Origin: Neodothiora populina
Taxonomy: Eukaryota
Assembly (NCBI RefSeq): GCF_041146345.1
Contig: NW_027191417.1
Location: 248,001 to 312,000, forward strand
Reading direction: 5' to 3'
Length of the DNA stretch: 64,000 nucleotides
Shown: positions 10,291-26,334 of the stretch, in pieces
Layout: each line of letters starts with the position of its first letter
How positions within the stretch are numbered: the first letter of the stretch is position 1
Notes under the pieces: generated by a model
What the model saw: only the letters and a program-made list of their open reading frames with translations
What the model was told of the DNA's origin: nothing
The model's database searches: none
Translations under genes and position numbers: made by a program

Positions 10291-12801
10291 ATGTCCTCAC
10301 TATCCCACCATCAAAGTGTCTTTCACATTACAAAGCCCAGCGTGCCTAATGATGGCGCCCACTCGGGTGCGAGAAAACGAAATCGCCAAGCTGTATCATG
10401 TGCAGCATGTAGAGCAAGGAAGTCAGTATCACCTTTGAATCACTATTCGATGTGAGGCACTACTAACGAAATCGAAGGCTGAAATGTGACCGACAACTAC
10501 CATGTACTGGATGTGCGAAGAGAGGAGACTCGGACTCTTGCATATATGCCAATGACAATACTAGTGATCGTAGCCACCGTGATGGAACCCCTCGAACCTC
10601 AGAGGCACAGTTTCGCCTGCAAAGGCTCGAGTCTATCGTCACTAGTCTCATGCAGATGCCTAGTGACAGTGGTAGACCTCAGAATGAGTGTAACGCCGAG
10701 GAGGCAGGTATGGAATGCGTGAACATGCCGCAGGTCATTTCTTCGGGAGGCCATCTCGACATGCGTGGATCAGAAAGCAACTATTTTGGGAACACTCATT
10801 GGACGACTATACTGGAGAATGTAGGTGTACACGAATGCTCGTAGTCATGATCAGGCATCGTTGACAATATCAAGATTCGGGAGATCCAGGGTGTTCTTGA
10901 AACGACCTCGGATGACAATGACCAGATAGACTCGTCGACTCCGATAGACGGCGCAGATATTGTCTTTGGATCACTGCAACCGCTTACGATGAATGAGGCC
11001 TGCAAATCGTTGCCGCCGAGATCTACCGTCGACAGGATGCTGGCAGTGTATTTCAATGCCAAACAGATACAATTTTTAGGTCGGCTGATGTACCAAGTCT
11101 CTTGTTCTATACGTTACTGACCTAGACCAGGACTGACACATACTGGTAAATTCTTGCGTGAGGTAAATTCATCTTATTATCCTCTTCTACATGACAAGGA
11201 CACAGAAAACTGATAGTAATACATAGTACGAATCCTTCTGGGCCGACGCATCTTCTGTATCACTCCTCTGGATGTCAATGCTCTTTTCGATACTCTTCAT
11301 TTCTTCGAGAATCGAGCAGGCAAAGACGTTCGACGGCTCAGTCTACACTAACGAGATATCTCAAAACATCTACTTCACTCGCGCTCGACAAGCACTGATC
11401 GCTGGAGAGTACCAAAAGGGAAAACCTTACTCGGTTGAGTCGGTGACTATCTATGGCATGTGCAAATACACGCAGTGCGACGACCCCGACTCGGATGTAT
11501 GGATGATCATGGGTGTTGCTACACGCCTTGCTGTGAAGATGGGATACCATCGGGACCCCCGTCATCTGGGTCAAGTCTCTGCGTTCGAAGGAGAGATGAG
11601 GAGGCGAGTTTTCTTCTATGTACAGACTTTTGATCTAATTTTGTCTTTTTCTGCTGGACTCCCCGCGATGATCCGTGAAGAAGAATGCGATGTCGACCCT
11701 CCGAGCAATCTTTGGGACTCTGACTTCGACGAAGACTGTGAGGTACTTCCACCATCGCGCCCGCCAACCGATCCTACACCCATGCTCTATTATTGTACCA
11801 AGGATCGACTACTTAGAGTCTTTCGAAGTGTATTTCGCCTGGCGATGTCCTTTGAAAGCCATGCCTATGCAGATATACTCAAGCTCGACAAGGAACTTGA
11901 CGAGGTTCGCTCATCGATCCCACCCACACTACGACCGAAACCTCTGAGCTCTTCAATCGTTGATCCTCCTGATCTTATCGTTAACAGACGACATCTTGAG
12001 ACGATGTATCTGAAGGTCCTCTGCGTCCTACATCGTAAATACCTCACCCACGACAGGTCGAACCCCAACTTTCAGTATTCTCGCGACAGATGTACAAGTG
12101 CAGCACTGAGATTACTCGAATATCAAATGGAACTTCAGATCGCCTGTCGACCAGGAGGTCAACTCTACGAAGAAAGATGGATGCTGTCCAGCATCAATCA
12201 ACAGAATTTCCTCCTGGCGGCCATGATCATCTGTCTTGACTTTTATGAAGTTGCCAAATCCCCCGAATTCGCAAGCTCCGAGGAAAGAGCATCACAGTCC
12301 AAGAAACAAGAACTGTTGAAGCGTGCTTACGACATATGGGTTTCGTTTGGAGACCTCTCACGGGAAGCTCAACGAGCGGCCAAAGTCATTTCTGCTCTGC
12401 TGTCAAAAGTGCAACGGCCGGACATGGCTTTCACGCCATCAGCTTCGAGTCGCAGTAATCCGACATCGTTAGGCAGTATTTTATCGGAGCCTGGCTTGAC
12501 AAATGTCTCCATCGCCTTGATTTCCCCTGAAGATCTGATCCATGGCGAGTCTGCGTCGAATGATTCAGTGAGGGAACAAATGCACGCTAGTTTCGACTCA
12601 TTACAGGTAAACATGAGCTGTGTAAATCCACTAGATACGCTTTTCGATACCTCTGATAACTTCGATTGGGTAAGATCATCGTATAAAATATTGCATTCGC
12701 AAATACGAACCTGTATCACTAATGTGTTGTCTTGCTAGGCACTTCTTGATCAAGGTTTCTTCGATCGTCTTCAAAACGTCGATCAAAACTTTCAGCTCTG
12801 A
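10291..12801 (+). CDS. Zn(II)2Cys6 transcription factor with fungal-specific TF (middle homology) domain
   Basis: Spliced RKRNRQAVSCAACRARK|LKCDRQLPCTGCAKRGDSDSC zinc cluster, then MGYHRDP..FEGEMRRR motif. Several GT-AG introns; last exon ends at TGA 12799-12801. Confidence 0.88.
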
Positions 12802-13397
12802 CACCAATCATATGACTGGCAGCTGCAGAGGAACTCAACTTTAGCCACAACTATGGATGAATGTCCAGTATCACGACTTAATGCTGTAGCTTGGGGGGTA
12901 AGGGTACAGGCACACCTCTCGGCTCACTCTCACTAGAGGCGCGAGTATGGATGGTCGAGATGTACGATCGTCTCTCGGCGTGTGCCTGGTGTTCTGGGGA
13001 TGTGCTGGCTCGCACTCATATAGAGTGTACATTGTCTTATAGCCAGCACTCGATCATGAAGTGGGAGTGACTTCCACGACCAAGTTGTGACTGAGTAGCA
13101 GCTAAGCAATGACCAAGAGATGACTGACAGAATGATTGCAGTCATGCTTGTCAGATGGCGCAAGCTTTACTCGATAGACAGCTCATTAGCTACGCTAAAC
13201 TGGGGGTCATCTCCTGGCAAAATTTCGACGCTAGCTATGCGGTGTCCTAATCGACATTTCAGCTAAAAGTGTGGTAACTCTTTGACCTGCAATTCGGCTT
13301 AGGATCTACCGAGAAAGCTCTCCAATTCCGTATAAGATGGAGGTGAAACTTTGTGCTCTCCCAGACATGCGATGCTGTAAGACTCATTTTGTGCGTG

Positions 13398-14663
13398 TCA
13401 CTCGATTACTCTCACCGGATTATTCAGACCATGCTTGTTCGTCTTCGCTCTCCGAGAAGTCTGCATTTTCGGGAGCTTTGGCAGCTCAGGACCCCAGAGA
13501 CTGTACTCCCTCTGCTTTTCACACTCGCACATTTCTCTGGCTTTGGTCGTGCCGTCCACTGCTGCACTTCCTTCGCGGCAGCTCTCGCAACATGTCGGGT
13601 CTTTCTCCTCGCAATCCGCGCATACAACTAGAACAAGATGACACCTCGATGTACGACACTTGCTCAACCTATCTTCGGCTTTGCCACAGACATGGCATTG
13701 AGAGACAGGATCATGCGAAGCCTCGTCAAGACTCATTGCTCCTCGAGCGTCGAAAACGTAGTTCTTGCCCTTGAAAAGCGAATCATCTGCAGTCATTCGT
13801 CCAGCGGCTATTTCCTCGTCCACCCAATCTAGGTATGCTGCTATACCACCACGCAGTGTGCATATCTGGCGATTGACACCGACCGTAGCATCGTCGCGCT
13901 CAGCCATCCATCTTGTGGCTTTTTCGCATCTGATACCACCGGTGCAGTACGTCAGTATCTGTCTCTGCGACTCCCCCTCACCAGTCGGTGTCGGCGAGTC
14001 CCGTAAGTAAGCCGCCTTATAGTAACGAGGAAACTGCGAGAAGCGGCGAATCTGTGGCCGTACCGCCGGACTCCTCGTCCTAGGATCCACAAAGTAACCG
14101 ATCCTGCTTTCGTAGTGATTCCGTAGATCCAGCAGCTCGATGTTTTCTTCATAACAGCGACGATGGAACTCGGCCGGCGCCAGTTCCGCGACGACTTGCC
14201 ACGACAAGGGCGCATAGTTCGTGATACCCAAAGGTGTAATCTCAGCGCAAACACGCACAGAAGCATCCGTGGCTGGGTTGAAGACACAAGCGCAACCCGG
14301 CGACGGTTTAAAGAATGCCTTGCGCTCTTCTTCTGACGAAAGCGCCAATCTCGCAAACGACCAATGCGTCGTGCACGCAGAGATGTATTCCTCGATCGCG
14401 AAATCCGTGCCGCCGACAGTCACATTGAAGCCTTCAACCGCCACCCTGATCTTGCCCGTGATCTCGAGCCTCGAGGTAATGGCTCTGTGCCATGAGGCTA
14501 ATTCTTCTACTTGCTCGGATGTGGGCGTGGGGATTGCGGGCTGGTTCGCAAAGTAGCGGTAGAATAGAAGAACTTTGCCGCCGCTGCCTTGCTCGCGCGC
14601 TGGACATGTGCATTCGTATGATATCGGGTCTGACGTCCCTTGTTCAAGACGTCGAGTTGTCAT
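13398..14663 (-). CDS. Rhodanese-domain protein of the TrhO/YceA (UPF0176)/TSTD2 family
   Basis: LLFYRY, GKIRVAVEGFNVTVGG, LDLRNHYESRIGYF, active-site loop YCTGGIRCEK, FKGKNYVFDAR and a Cys-rich C-terminal domain; intronless, 421 aa. Confidence 0.85.
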   Translation of the reverse strand: MTTRRLEQGTSDPISYECTCPAREQGSGGKVLLFYRYFANQPAIPTPTSEQVEELASWHRAITSRLEITGKIRVAVEGFNVTVGGTDFAIEEYISACTTHWSFARLALSSEEERKAFFKPSPGCACVFNPATDASVRVCAEITPLGITNYAPLSWQVVAELAPAEFHRRCYEENIELLDLRNHYESRIGYFVDPRTRSPAVRPQIRRFSQFPRYYKAAYLRDSPTPTGEGESQRQILTYCTGGIRCEKATRWMAERDDATVGVNRQICTLRGGIAAYLDWVDEEIAAGRMTADDSLFKGKNYVFDARGAMSLDEASHDPVSQCHVCGKAEDRLSKCRTSRCHLVLVVCADCEEKDPTCCESCREGSAAVDGTTKAREMCECEKQREYSLWGPELPKLPKMQTSRRAKTNKHGLNNPVRVIE

Positions 14664-15333
14664 TTTGCAGCTGGACTGATATCAGGAATACATGGGTCTG
14701 AGTGCACTCTTTAATACCATTGTTGTCCAACTCATAAGTGTGTACCATTAGCGAAGGCAGAGTATGGGCAATAAATCAAAATGACATTTTCCTTGGCGGA
14801 TTGGTCAACACGCACCAGTCGAGAGGAGGAATTGATGCGTTTTGACCAACACCAGATAATCAATAAAGACATGTGGAGAATATTAATGGGTTTCGTAATG
14901 GTAAAAAATACTTGAGTCCCATGCATCAGAGCCAGCGTGGAAAAAGTCACTCGTAAAGTGCTATTGGCATCATATCATGCTGGTCCTATCTACAAAGGAT
15001 TTTCCATCATAAGGTATCTACAGTCGTACTCTTCTTGTTAGTCAAGAATCAATATGCTACGTGGTCCTCCGTAACACTTTTTGCCAACGCCAGATGGAAC
15101 ACGAATGCTCATGCAATATTGGGGTATCCAATCCTGATCATGATTTCCGGACTCACCCTACCATCAAGTATTGTCCCTTTCCATAAAGACACTTCTTAGC
15201 GTGCGCTGCCCAATGAACGGAACCAAATGTTCGGTAAAAGACATAAGGGGTATCCATGAAAACGCCGTCATAACCCCAGAACGCCTTGCGAGAAAATTGA
15301 AACAAATGCAAAAAAGAAAGTGGGAATATCTTG

Positions 15334-18093
15334 TTATGTGGGAGAATTTTGCGGGACGCTGCTGTCGCCGCTTCCACCCCGCTCCCTCCACTCCGTCTTG
15401 ATGCCGCCTGTCGATCTTTTCTTGCGGAGGCTGAATAGACTCATCGCTCTGCTGGCGATGCTGTTTCTAGAGTCGTTGTCCGATCGCGGCTCCTCTTCTT
15501 GGCCCGCTATTTTACTAGGGTCCTTCAGAGGGTCTACGAGAGCACGCGTTCGAGGCCCAAGATTCAAAAGGATAGGGTACAGAGCACCGCCAGCGAATCC
15601 AACCACAGCAACGACGATCGTATACTGGACACCTCTCGAGCGGCTGACGGCATACGCTATAGCAGGTAGTATTGCGCCGCCAGAAATGGCAGCGGTAATG
15701 ACAGCACTAGCGTCTTTGGTATGTCGGCCCATGCCACGTAAGGTCTGAGCGAAGATGAGAGAAAATATAGGGCCTTCGAAGCAGAATGTCATGGTGAGCA
15801 TAATGGATGCCTTTCTTCCTTGAAGGCTCATGGCTAAGGCAGAAAAGACAATCAGACCAAGAAAGTAGAATGCCAACAAATGTCGTGGCTTGAAGAGTAA
15901 CAGCAGCCCAGCAGTGAGGAATCGGGCGGCAGCAAAGACACTGTGGTCAACAGCAACTGCATAGACGTCATCTACTTCAGGGTCCAGTACACCAAGGTAC
16001 GAAGAAAGACCTGCTGCGATCACCTCTTGAGCGCCGACATAGCACCACATGGCAAAAGTACCGATGGCGAGCGTGACCCAGATGATGCGGACGCGGCCGC
16101 CGAGGACCGTGGCATAGTTGGCACGGTCCATACGCTCGCTGCGCTCTTCCAGCTCCTCATCTGTGCCTTCTGGAAGGGGCACGTAGAAGAATGCGATGGC
16201 TAAAGCCACGGTGAAGAGGGCAATCCCGGTGTAAGCCCATTGAGTATTGACAAGAGATCCTGCGTCGGTCTCTTTGAACAGCGCCTTCCGCGCAATCAGA
16301 GGAGCAATTACTGTTCCTATTGCTTGGAAGCCCTGAGAGAGACTCAAACGGATCTCGGCATACTCTTGCGGGCCACACATAGCGATGAATGGATTCGCAG
16401 AGATCTCCAAGGTTGAGAGACCCAAGCCAACAAGCACGTTGACTACAATGAATGTAGGGAACGACACTAATACTGCCGAGGGCCAGAAGATTAGAATGCC
16501 ACATGCATATATGGCCAAGCCAACTGTGTAGCAGGCGGCGAAACCGTAGTGTTTCAGTACTAGGCGGCCGAAGGTCAGAGGACCAATAAAGTATCCGGCG
16601 TAATATGCACTGTGTATGCTGACCGTCTGCCCAGCCGACATGTGAGAGACCTTCTGAAACTGGGCATTCAGTACATCCAGGAGGCCATATTCGAATCCCC
16701 AGATGAAGAACAGGATGGTGACCATGGTGATTGGGAATATGGATTCGCGATTTGTCATCTGCACAAAACTTTTCTTGCCCTTCACATTGACGAAATCAAA
16801 AAAGTTTTGTGAGCGATGACTCGTGTTTCGAGACGAATTGGTCAAGGCGGTTTGCGAACGCTGGAGCTGGTCCGGGAATTCGTTCATGTCTGGTGTCGTC
16901 AGGAAGTCCATCATTCCCATGGGTCCATCGTCTTCCTCCTCCGTTGCGTGCCCATGCGTCGTTTGCTGCTCCAGCCAGGCATGCTCCGGCACAGATGGCA
17001 CCCGATGCATCTGGGATTGAAAAGTAACACCTTGGTCGATGGATGAATGTTTCTCGGTGACGTCGCCTTCGTCGCGCAGCATCTTGGGTAAGTATCGCGA
17101 CACCAGAGGTTTCAATGCGGGCACACATGCGCACATAATGCCCACGTTGACCTCAATGGCCGACCACATGAAGGAGAAAGAGGAGTACCAAGAAAAGTCG
17201 GTGGCATCCTCGACCTTACTGCCATATGTCTGGACTTCCGAAGTGATTTCCTTCAGTCGGTAGGTTGAAGCTGATTGCAGGTAAGCGATCCTGATGATAT
17301 CAACCACGGCAACGAAAACACCAAAGCCAAAAGTCACGACAACGATAATCTTCTGTTTCCTCGGCAGTCGCATAGAAGTCAAGATTGGCATCGGAATGAA
17401 CAATATTGCCAGGTCGGTGATGATATTGAGTGGCGCTGAAGCCAAGTAAATTGTCACAATGTCAGTACACTTGGCATGCGCTGGCGTCGGGAAGTCGTAT
17501 GCAGCATGAACCGGATCACACTGGAGGATGGTAACCAATGTGAGGGCAAGGCCACCTGCGTTGACTACGAATAGCGCGGCTATTGTGGCCCATCGGAACG
17601 TCCGGTTTGTCTTTGACAGTGTAAGATAAAATGCTAATATGGACGTCTTCTCAGCCATTAGTGCTGGATTCTGCACGGTATGTTAGCAATCACTTCATCA
17701 GTGGCTCTGTTAAGAGACTGATCGTACATATAGCACACTGAAGGCGTATTGACTCTTCAGTAGCGCATTTTGCCACGATGATGGAACGTCGTCTTCGTGA
17801 CGGCCTAGTCCATTAAAGGTGCCGTAGCAGATTGCAAAGGACATGCCAAAAGCAAGCATCTTGTGCAGGTGTCAGCATGCATATTTTCAGCGGTTCGGTA
17901 ACCCGGATATTATACATACCCATGCCACCATCATAAAATAATCATCAAGCATGAACTTCTTAACGATCCCCGCGCGCGAGATGCAGCGCAAGGTCACGAA
18001 GGTGGTCGAGAGGCATGTCATCACAACCACCACGGTGAATACGGTGGTGCTGCGCGAATCATATTGACCGCTGTCTATTGTGCGTTTGTCCAT
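15334..18093 (-). CDS. Fusion of a PTH11-like (fungal rhodopsin-domain) 7-TM protein and a FucP/GluP-type MFS sugar permease, about 880 aa
   Basis: Exons 18093-17920, 17859-17728 and 17670-15334. N-half has LDDYFMMVAW, GLGRH, KTSILAFYL, NIITDLAILFIPMP and WSAIEVNVGIMCACVPAL. C-half has ILFFIWGFEYGLLDVLN, GLSTLEISANPFI, RLSLSQGFQAIG, WCYVGAQE and TAAISGGAILP. The junction lies inside one uninterrupted exon. Confidence 0.88.
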
Positions 18094-20543
18094 AAGAGTC
18101 GAGGTCAACCAGTCAGATATGTCGGGGTAATATGTCGCTCCAACCCATCCTCCTACGCCATGCAGTCCGGAAGCAGCCTTCGAACTCTTGCCAAATTTAA
18201 TGACGGCCGCGGCACCTGTGGCAATGGCGTCCACTGCCTCACAGAGATGTTGACGGCCGGGCTTACTCGACTGGTGACTAGATAGTATTGCTCGGAGTCT
18301 TCAAGCCAACCTATGACGCTTCAGACCCGCCACCTCTTTCTTCCTTTGGTCTCTTTTCTCGATCTCTGGGATTGCGCAGTCTGAAGCTTTGAGTATTTGC
18401 GGGGCAGACGCTTGAATATTATTCTTTTGCCTGTTAAACACGCTTGGAACAGGCAACAAGGTGAAGCGGTGACACGTGGACGGCAACGCTGATCCGAAGA
18501 AGTAGCAGGTATGTATGGACAGCGTACTATGGCAGGAGTATGACAACAATGTAGGATATGTACAGCAGGAAGAGGAGGTCAGCGTGAATTGAGATGCACT
18601 CGAAAGCGCCGTTAGGCGGAGTAGACTTTCCACCGTCACGCTCTTTTCCAACGTCTTGTTTGGAGGGTCGAGCCAGTCTTGGTACCTCAGCCAGGCCCGA
18701 CTTGGTAAAGAAAGCAACTGATCATGTTCTGTGACTGAATCGTCGCACATGTGGTCCCGCCTTTGACCCCCTCCCGAATTTTGTCCCCGGATGTCTCTTT
18801 GGCGTGAAGCTTGACACTGGTTGCTGTCTAGAGGACACGCTACCGTGGCTCCGCTCTCGCTCTGCTTAGCAAGAAGGCAGACTTACGGCGCACTAGTCGC
18901 TTGCCATGTCGTGGCTACGAAACATAGAACGACTGTACAAGTACAGTAGCTTACCCCATATTTACGAGGGAAAATTGCGGGTGAGTAGTGGCCATGAGAG
19001 CAAGTGTTATGACGCTCTCTGGCCCTTGTCGTCCCGAGTACACGGCGCAACCATCATGCACCTTGTCTTTGCTTTCCCCCATCTTCGTGTATTTTGACAG
19101 CTCGACTCTCGCGACCGCCACTCTGCAGAGTACCACTCGTTCATGTGTTGGCTTCGATCGATATCGTGGGGTACATAATCGCTGCACATCACGACATATG
19201 AGGCGCACACACTGACGTTGCGACTTGTGATAGTAAACGTGATCGGCAATTTGACGCCTCGCATATCCGTGCCGAGGTCGCCGTGAATAGTATCAATAGG
19301 CGACTCGCGCATGACCGGAAGGGCGGCTTTAGTAGTACAAGAAATTTTTGTGCTCGAGCATGGATATGTGATCTTCAGCTCACGACCTCGTGTCGAATCC
19401 TCTTAGCACATAGAAATCTCAGTTGCTCAAGGTCCTGCAGATCATGTTTTGACCAAGACTTGGAGGGAGGCAGAGCGGCTCAACGTTGTCCGCACGGCAC
19501 CGTTGCTTCCGCTTGCCTGCTGTATCGAACATATTATCTACCTGTGGGCATGAAAGTGAGACATTTCGCTGCCAGCACAGTGATTGTTGATGCTGCACAG
19601 AGCCTGATCGAATGGAGTCCAAAATCTGCTTACCGTGAAGCTTTTGGCTGGATCGCCATTCACACCTTTAGTCGCCGCATTGTATGGTCATGCACTCATG
19701 CATCCGTGCTCCTTAGATCTGCTTTTTAGTTTGAACTTTGCATCCTTGGCTGTGAAGTTCGGCTGTCATCTTGCGCGTGCAGGAGATGTTTTCCCACGCG
19801 GTTCACGAACAAGTACACGTCGAAGCTACAAGTAGCCTCCACATAACCTTAACCCTTTTTGCGGGCACCTAAGACATCCCAACGAATACGAAGGTATACG
19901 GAGTACATTTAGCAGAACTCCGTGATCAGGCTCCGACACTTGATGAGCCATGTGTTGTTCTACTAGCTGTACCGTTGCTTAGCTCCGACGTGGAATCGGT
20001 CCATATGAACTAGATTGGTCCTTAACAACACATGGACTCGAACAATCCAGTCCATTAGCCGATATGTGGACTGCCTTAGGGGGAATTGCTCTCACCAAAT
20101 ATGCTGTTCACAACCACCTCAACCCATATTATTTCCTTCTGACCCCCCATGTTACCAGCGACTAATGTCGATGCCATGCCTGACATCGAATCATCTCCAG
20201 TTTCGATACCCTGTGGTGGCTACTGGACTAGTAAGCCAACTAATATTACGCCAACTTCAGTTGTACAGTAGATACTGTATTGGTGAACCCAGGGCCATGA
20301 CTCACCGAGTCCTCCACCATGACCTATTCCCTGACCGAGTCCAAGCCACGAAACGCAGTGACTGATCGTCATGAGTACTCCTGGAGTCTCCCAGCTTTCC
20401 CCTGGATTCAGTCATGCCGACTGCTATGAATGAGCAGGTAGCCTCTGGCGCCATGTCGTTAATAGATAGTTGCACCAGAGCGCATTCTCGGCACAAGATA
20501 ATGCCCACTTCTTTAGAAGACAACGCCGCCAAGTCCATCGCGC

Positions 20544-21516
20544 TCATTCTTCATCGAACCAGGCATCCCGTAACGACTGGCTTGCTGTTGACCTATCCCT
20601 CCAGTCCAGTCTCATGATTCGCCCGATGAAGTCTTTGTCGCTCCGACACACTTCTTTCTCCGTCGTACGTTCAAAGGGTGTCGTCTTCGATTGCGAAATC
20701 TCACTCATGAGCCAGAGATTCGCGGCAATGGTTGGTGGTTTAGCTATTTCCTCATATTTGCCTGGGAATGGGCCGAAATACTGAACGTGTCGCTTTAGTA
20801 CTTCTAAGCCATACTCTTCATGGCCGTATGGAACAGTTCTCGGGCGAAAAAGATTGAAGTTCCCGCCGTAAATCAAACTGATGACCTGGCCTAGCATTAG
20901 AAAGGAGCAGAAAGAGCCACACAAAATCTGTGAGCTCTTCTCGAGTTCTACTTCAACATACCATTGCTCCAAACGACCAGATATCAGTCGCAGTATTCCA
21001 TGGCGTCTCCATGATTACTTCAGGACTGCTCCACATAGGGGCTCTAATTGGAGTGCCATCTCTAGCCCACTTGGACTTCTGAGAGTAGCACTCCCAAAAT
21101 CTCCGAGTTGTATGTCCGTGAAGCGGTCCTCCCCTTCTATGTAATTCACGAAGATATTGTCAGGTTTGACGTCTGCAGATTCTGATCAGCGTTACGCGCG
21201 TGCTGGGGCAAGACAGTCTTACAAACCTGTATGTACAATGCCATCACTATGAAGTACCTGTAAGGCTTCAAGTATGCATTTTGACACACGCTTAAGTTCT
21301 TTTCGATTGAGCGTTCTCTGAATCGAAGCATTGAGGAGGTCATCTTCGAGGTATTTTAGAGCGATTGTAGGATAATCGTGTGGCTCGATTATCTTATCAA
21401 TCAGTGGCCGAAAGTAGTGACAGCGGTCCTGGTAGCTCTTCAGCATCTCCGATTCATTCCTCACTCGAGGGTGTCCCAAGACTGCCTTTATTACAACATT
21501 ATCATGATGCTGATTT
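20544..21516 (-). pseudogene. Ser/Thr protein kinase pseudogene (fungal CMGC/SRPK-like family)
   Basis: VVIK, VHT|DVKPDNI, QLGDFG, WSSPE, TDIWSFG and YFGPFP motifs with two GT-AG introns. A 1-nt deletion just after DFG (about 21091-21092) leads to an early TAA, and no intact first exon was found. Confidence 0.8.
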
Positions 21517-22643
21517 CTTGTATCTTAGTGTGTAGGCTTTCGTACTGCTTAGAACCAATTTGATTCCAGTCTGTCTGTTGGCTCACTCCATCCGATTCTC
21601 ATCTCGCCACAGCAGCAGCAACAGACCCACAATAGACCAGCAGCAACCGCTATGATATACATCAACTACACACCAACACAACTATTCGATACGGCGTCCA
21701 AGTATCCCAATGACAGTCCTAAGACACAAGATATAACCAAAGCAATAAAATTAGAGAAACAGACAGGGTCGCCCTCGGCGTCGCACATCGGAGCACTCCG
21801 CGAAACTTACCTACGCACCACCTACACACGTGACGGAATAAGGCTGGTAGGAAGGGATAAACAGTCGAGTAGACAAATGAGGACCTGATATACACTTCAT
21901 CTAGTCCTTCTTTGCTTCTGATTCTGATTCTCGGCCGGCTGAGTAGGTACTTTCTGTAAAGGTCAAGACAACTGTAGAGCGACAACTACCCGTGCCATTG
22001 ACACACCTCGGTTATAGCTTGTTATCCCGACGATTCGACTCCATACTAGGCTCGTATTAGACAGTGCATGTTGAATGGGTAGCTAGTTTTGCTTTCTTCG
22101 ACACAAACTCGCTCTCGGTCGGGGGTCGAAAGATCGAAGGGAAATATACCTAGGAACCTCATGGGCAAATACAGGATACACGTGTGGCAGAGGCAGGGGG
22201 GGATCATCCACCGAGAGCAGGCGATGCTTGTACAAGTGCGAGTGGGACAACAAGAAAAGAGGTAAGTGAAAAGTGTAGTAGTAGTGGTAGTAGTAGTACT
22301 TCTTATAATTTACCGACCGATTGTCAAACCTTCCACGCGGAACAACAATAACCCCCCTTTCTGCATCCGCCTTCCAACTTCGCATCTTGTTGAAAAACAA
22401 ACTTCGCTCCCCTCTGCTTTCTGATGTTCCTCATTCTGCTGCATCTCTCGGCGGGATTCCATAGCTCCTGTTCCATGTCGCTTCTTCTTCTATTCCCGCT
22501 TCTCCGTCCCAACGTTAAAAGAGAGAGAGACAGAAGAGTGTAAAATAAAAGTAAAAAAAGCCAATGCAAAAACACAGATGTACAACAACGTCTTCTTCTC
22601 CTCCTGTGATCCCCCAAAACCCTTGTCTTTGCGATCGTTCTGT

Positions 22644-25686
<3,043 letters not shown>

Positions 25687-26334
25687 GTCGTCTTATCGAG
25701 GCCGCAAAGGCGGTGCGCTGAAGTGCAAAGGCTCAACAGCCTGGTGCTGCACGTGGAGAGTGTCGATGCCGCAAGCAACCGCAAGCAAAGAGAGAGAGAG
25801 ACAGTGTCGAGGAGGAAAAGAGTGCGACAGGAGCGTGCAAAAAACCCCCAGAAGATCCTCCGCTATCCAGGAGAACCTTGGAAGGCGACAGCAACCAACA
25901 GCAAGTGCCCAAAAGTGCAGCAACAGAGAGTAGTCGATGCGGGGCGGGGCTGTGTGTGTGGGATGATGCTGATGATGATGACTGGACGCTTCGTGGCGGC
26001 AGCGGCAGCGACAGCGGCAGCAGCAACGACAATTACAATAACCAACAGCGACAGCGACAGGAAAAAGAAAGTCGATGCGAGAGTGTCAGTGTGTCTTGTG
26101 ATGTATGATGTGCGTGAGATACAGGTCAAGAAAGTGCGTGTGAGGTGTGGCTATGCTAAAGTGGGAGGTGAGGTAATGTATGTACGTAGATAATGAAAGG
26201 TGGTAAAAGTAAGGTAAAGTCAAGTCATCCCCAATGTGAATCGTAAGGTATTGTAAGCCAATCTCGACCGACTTGCTGCTACTGGAACTGCACAACCGCC
26301 TCCGGGAGGCAAAGGCAAGGCAAAGTAAAGGCAA

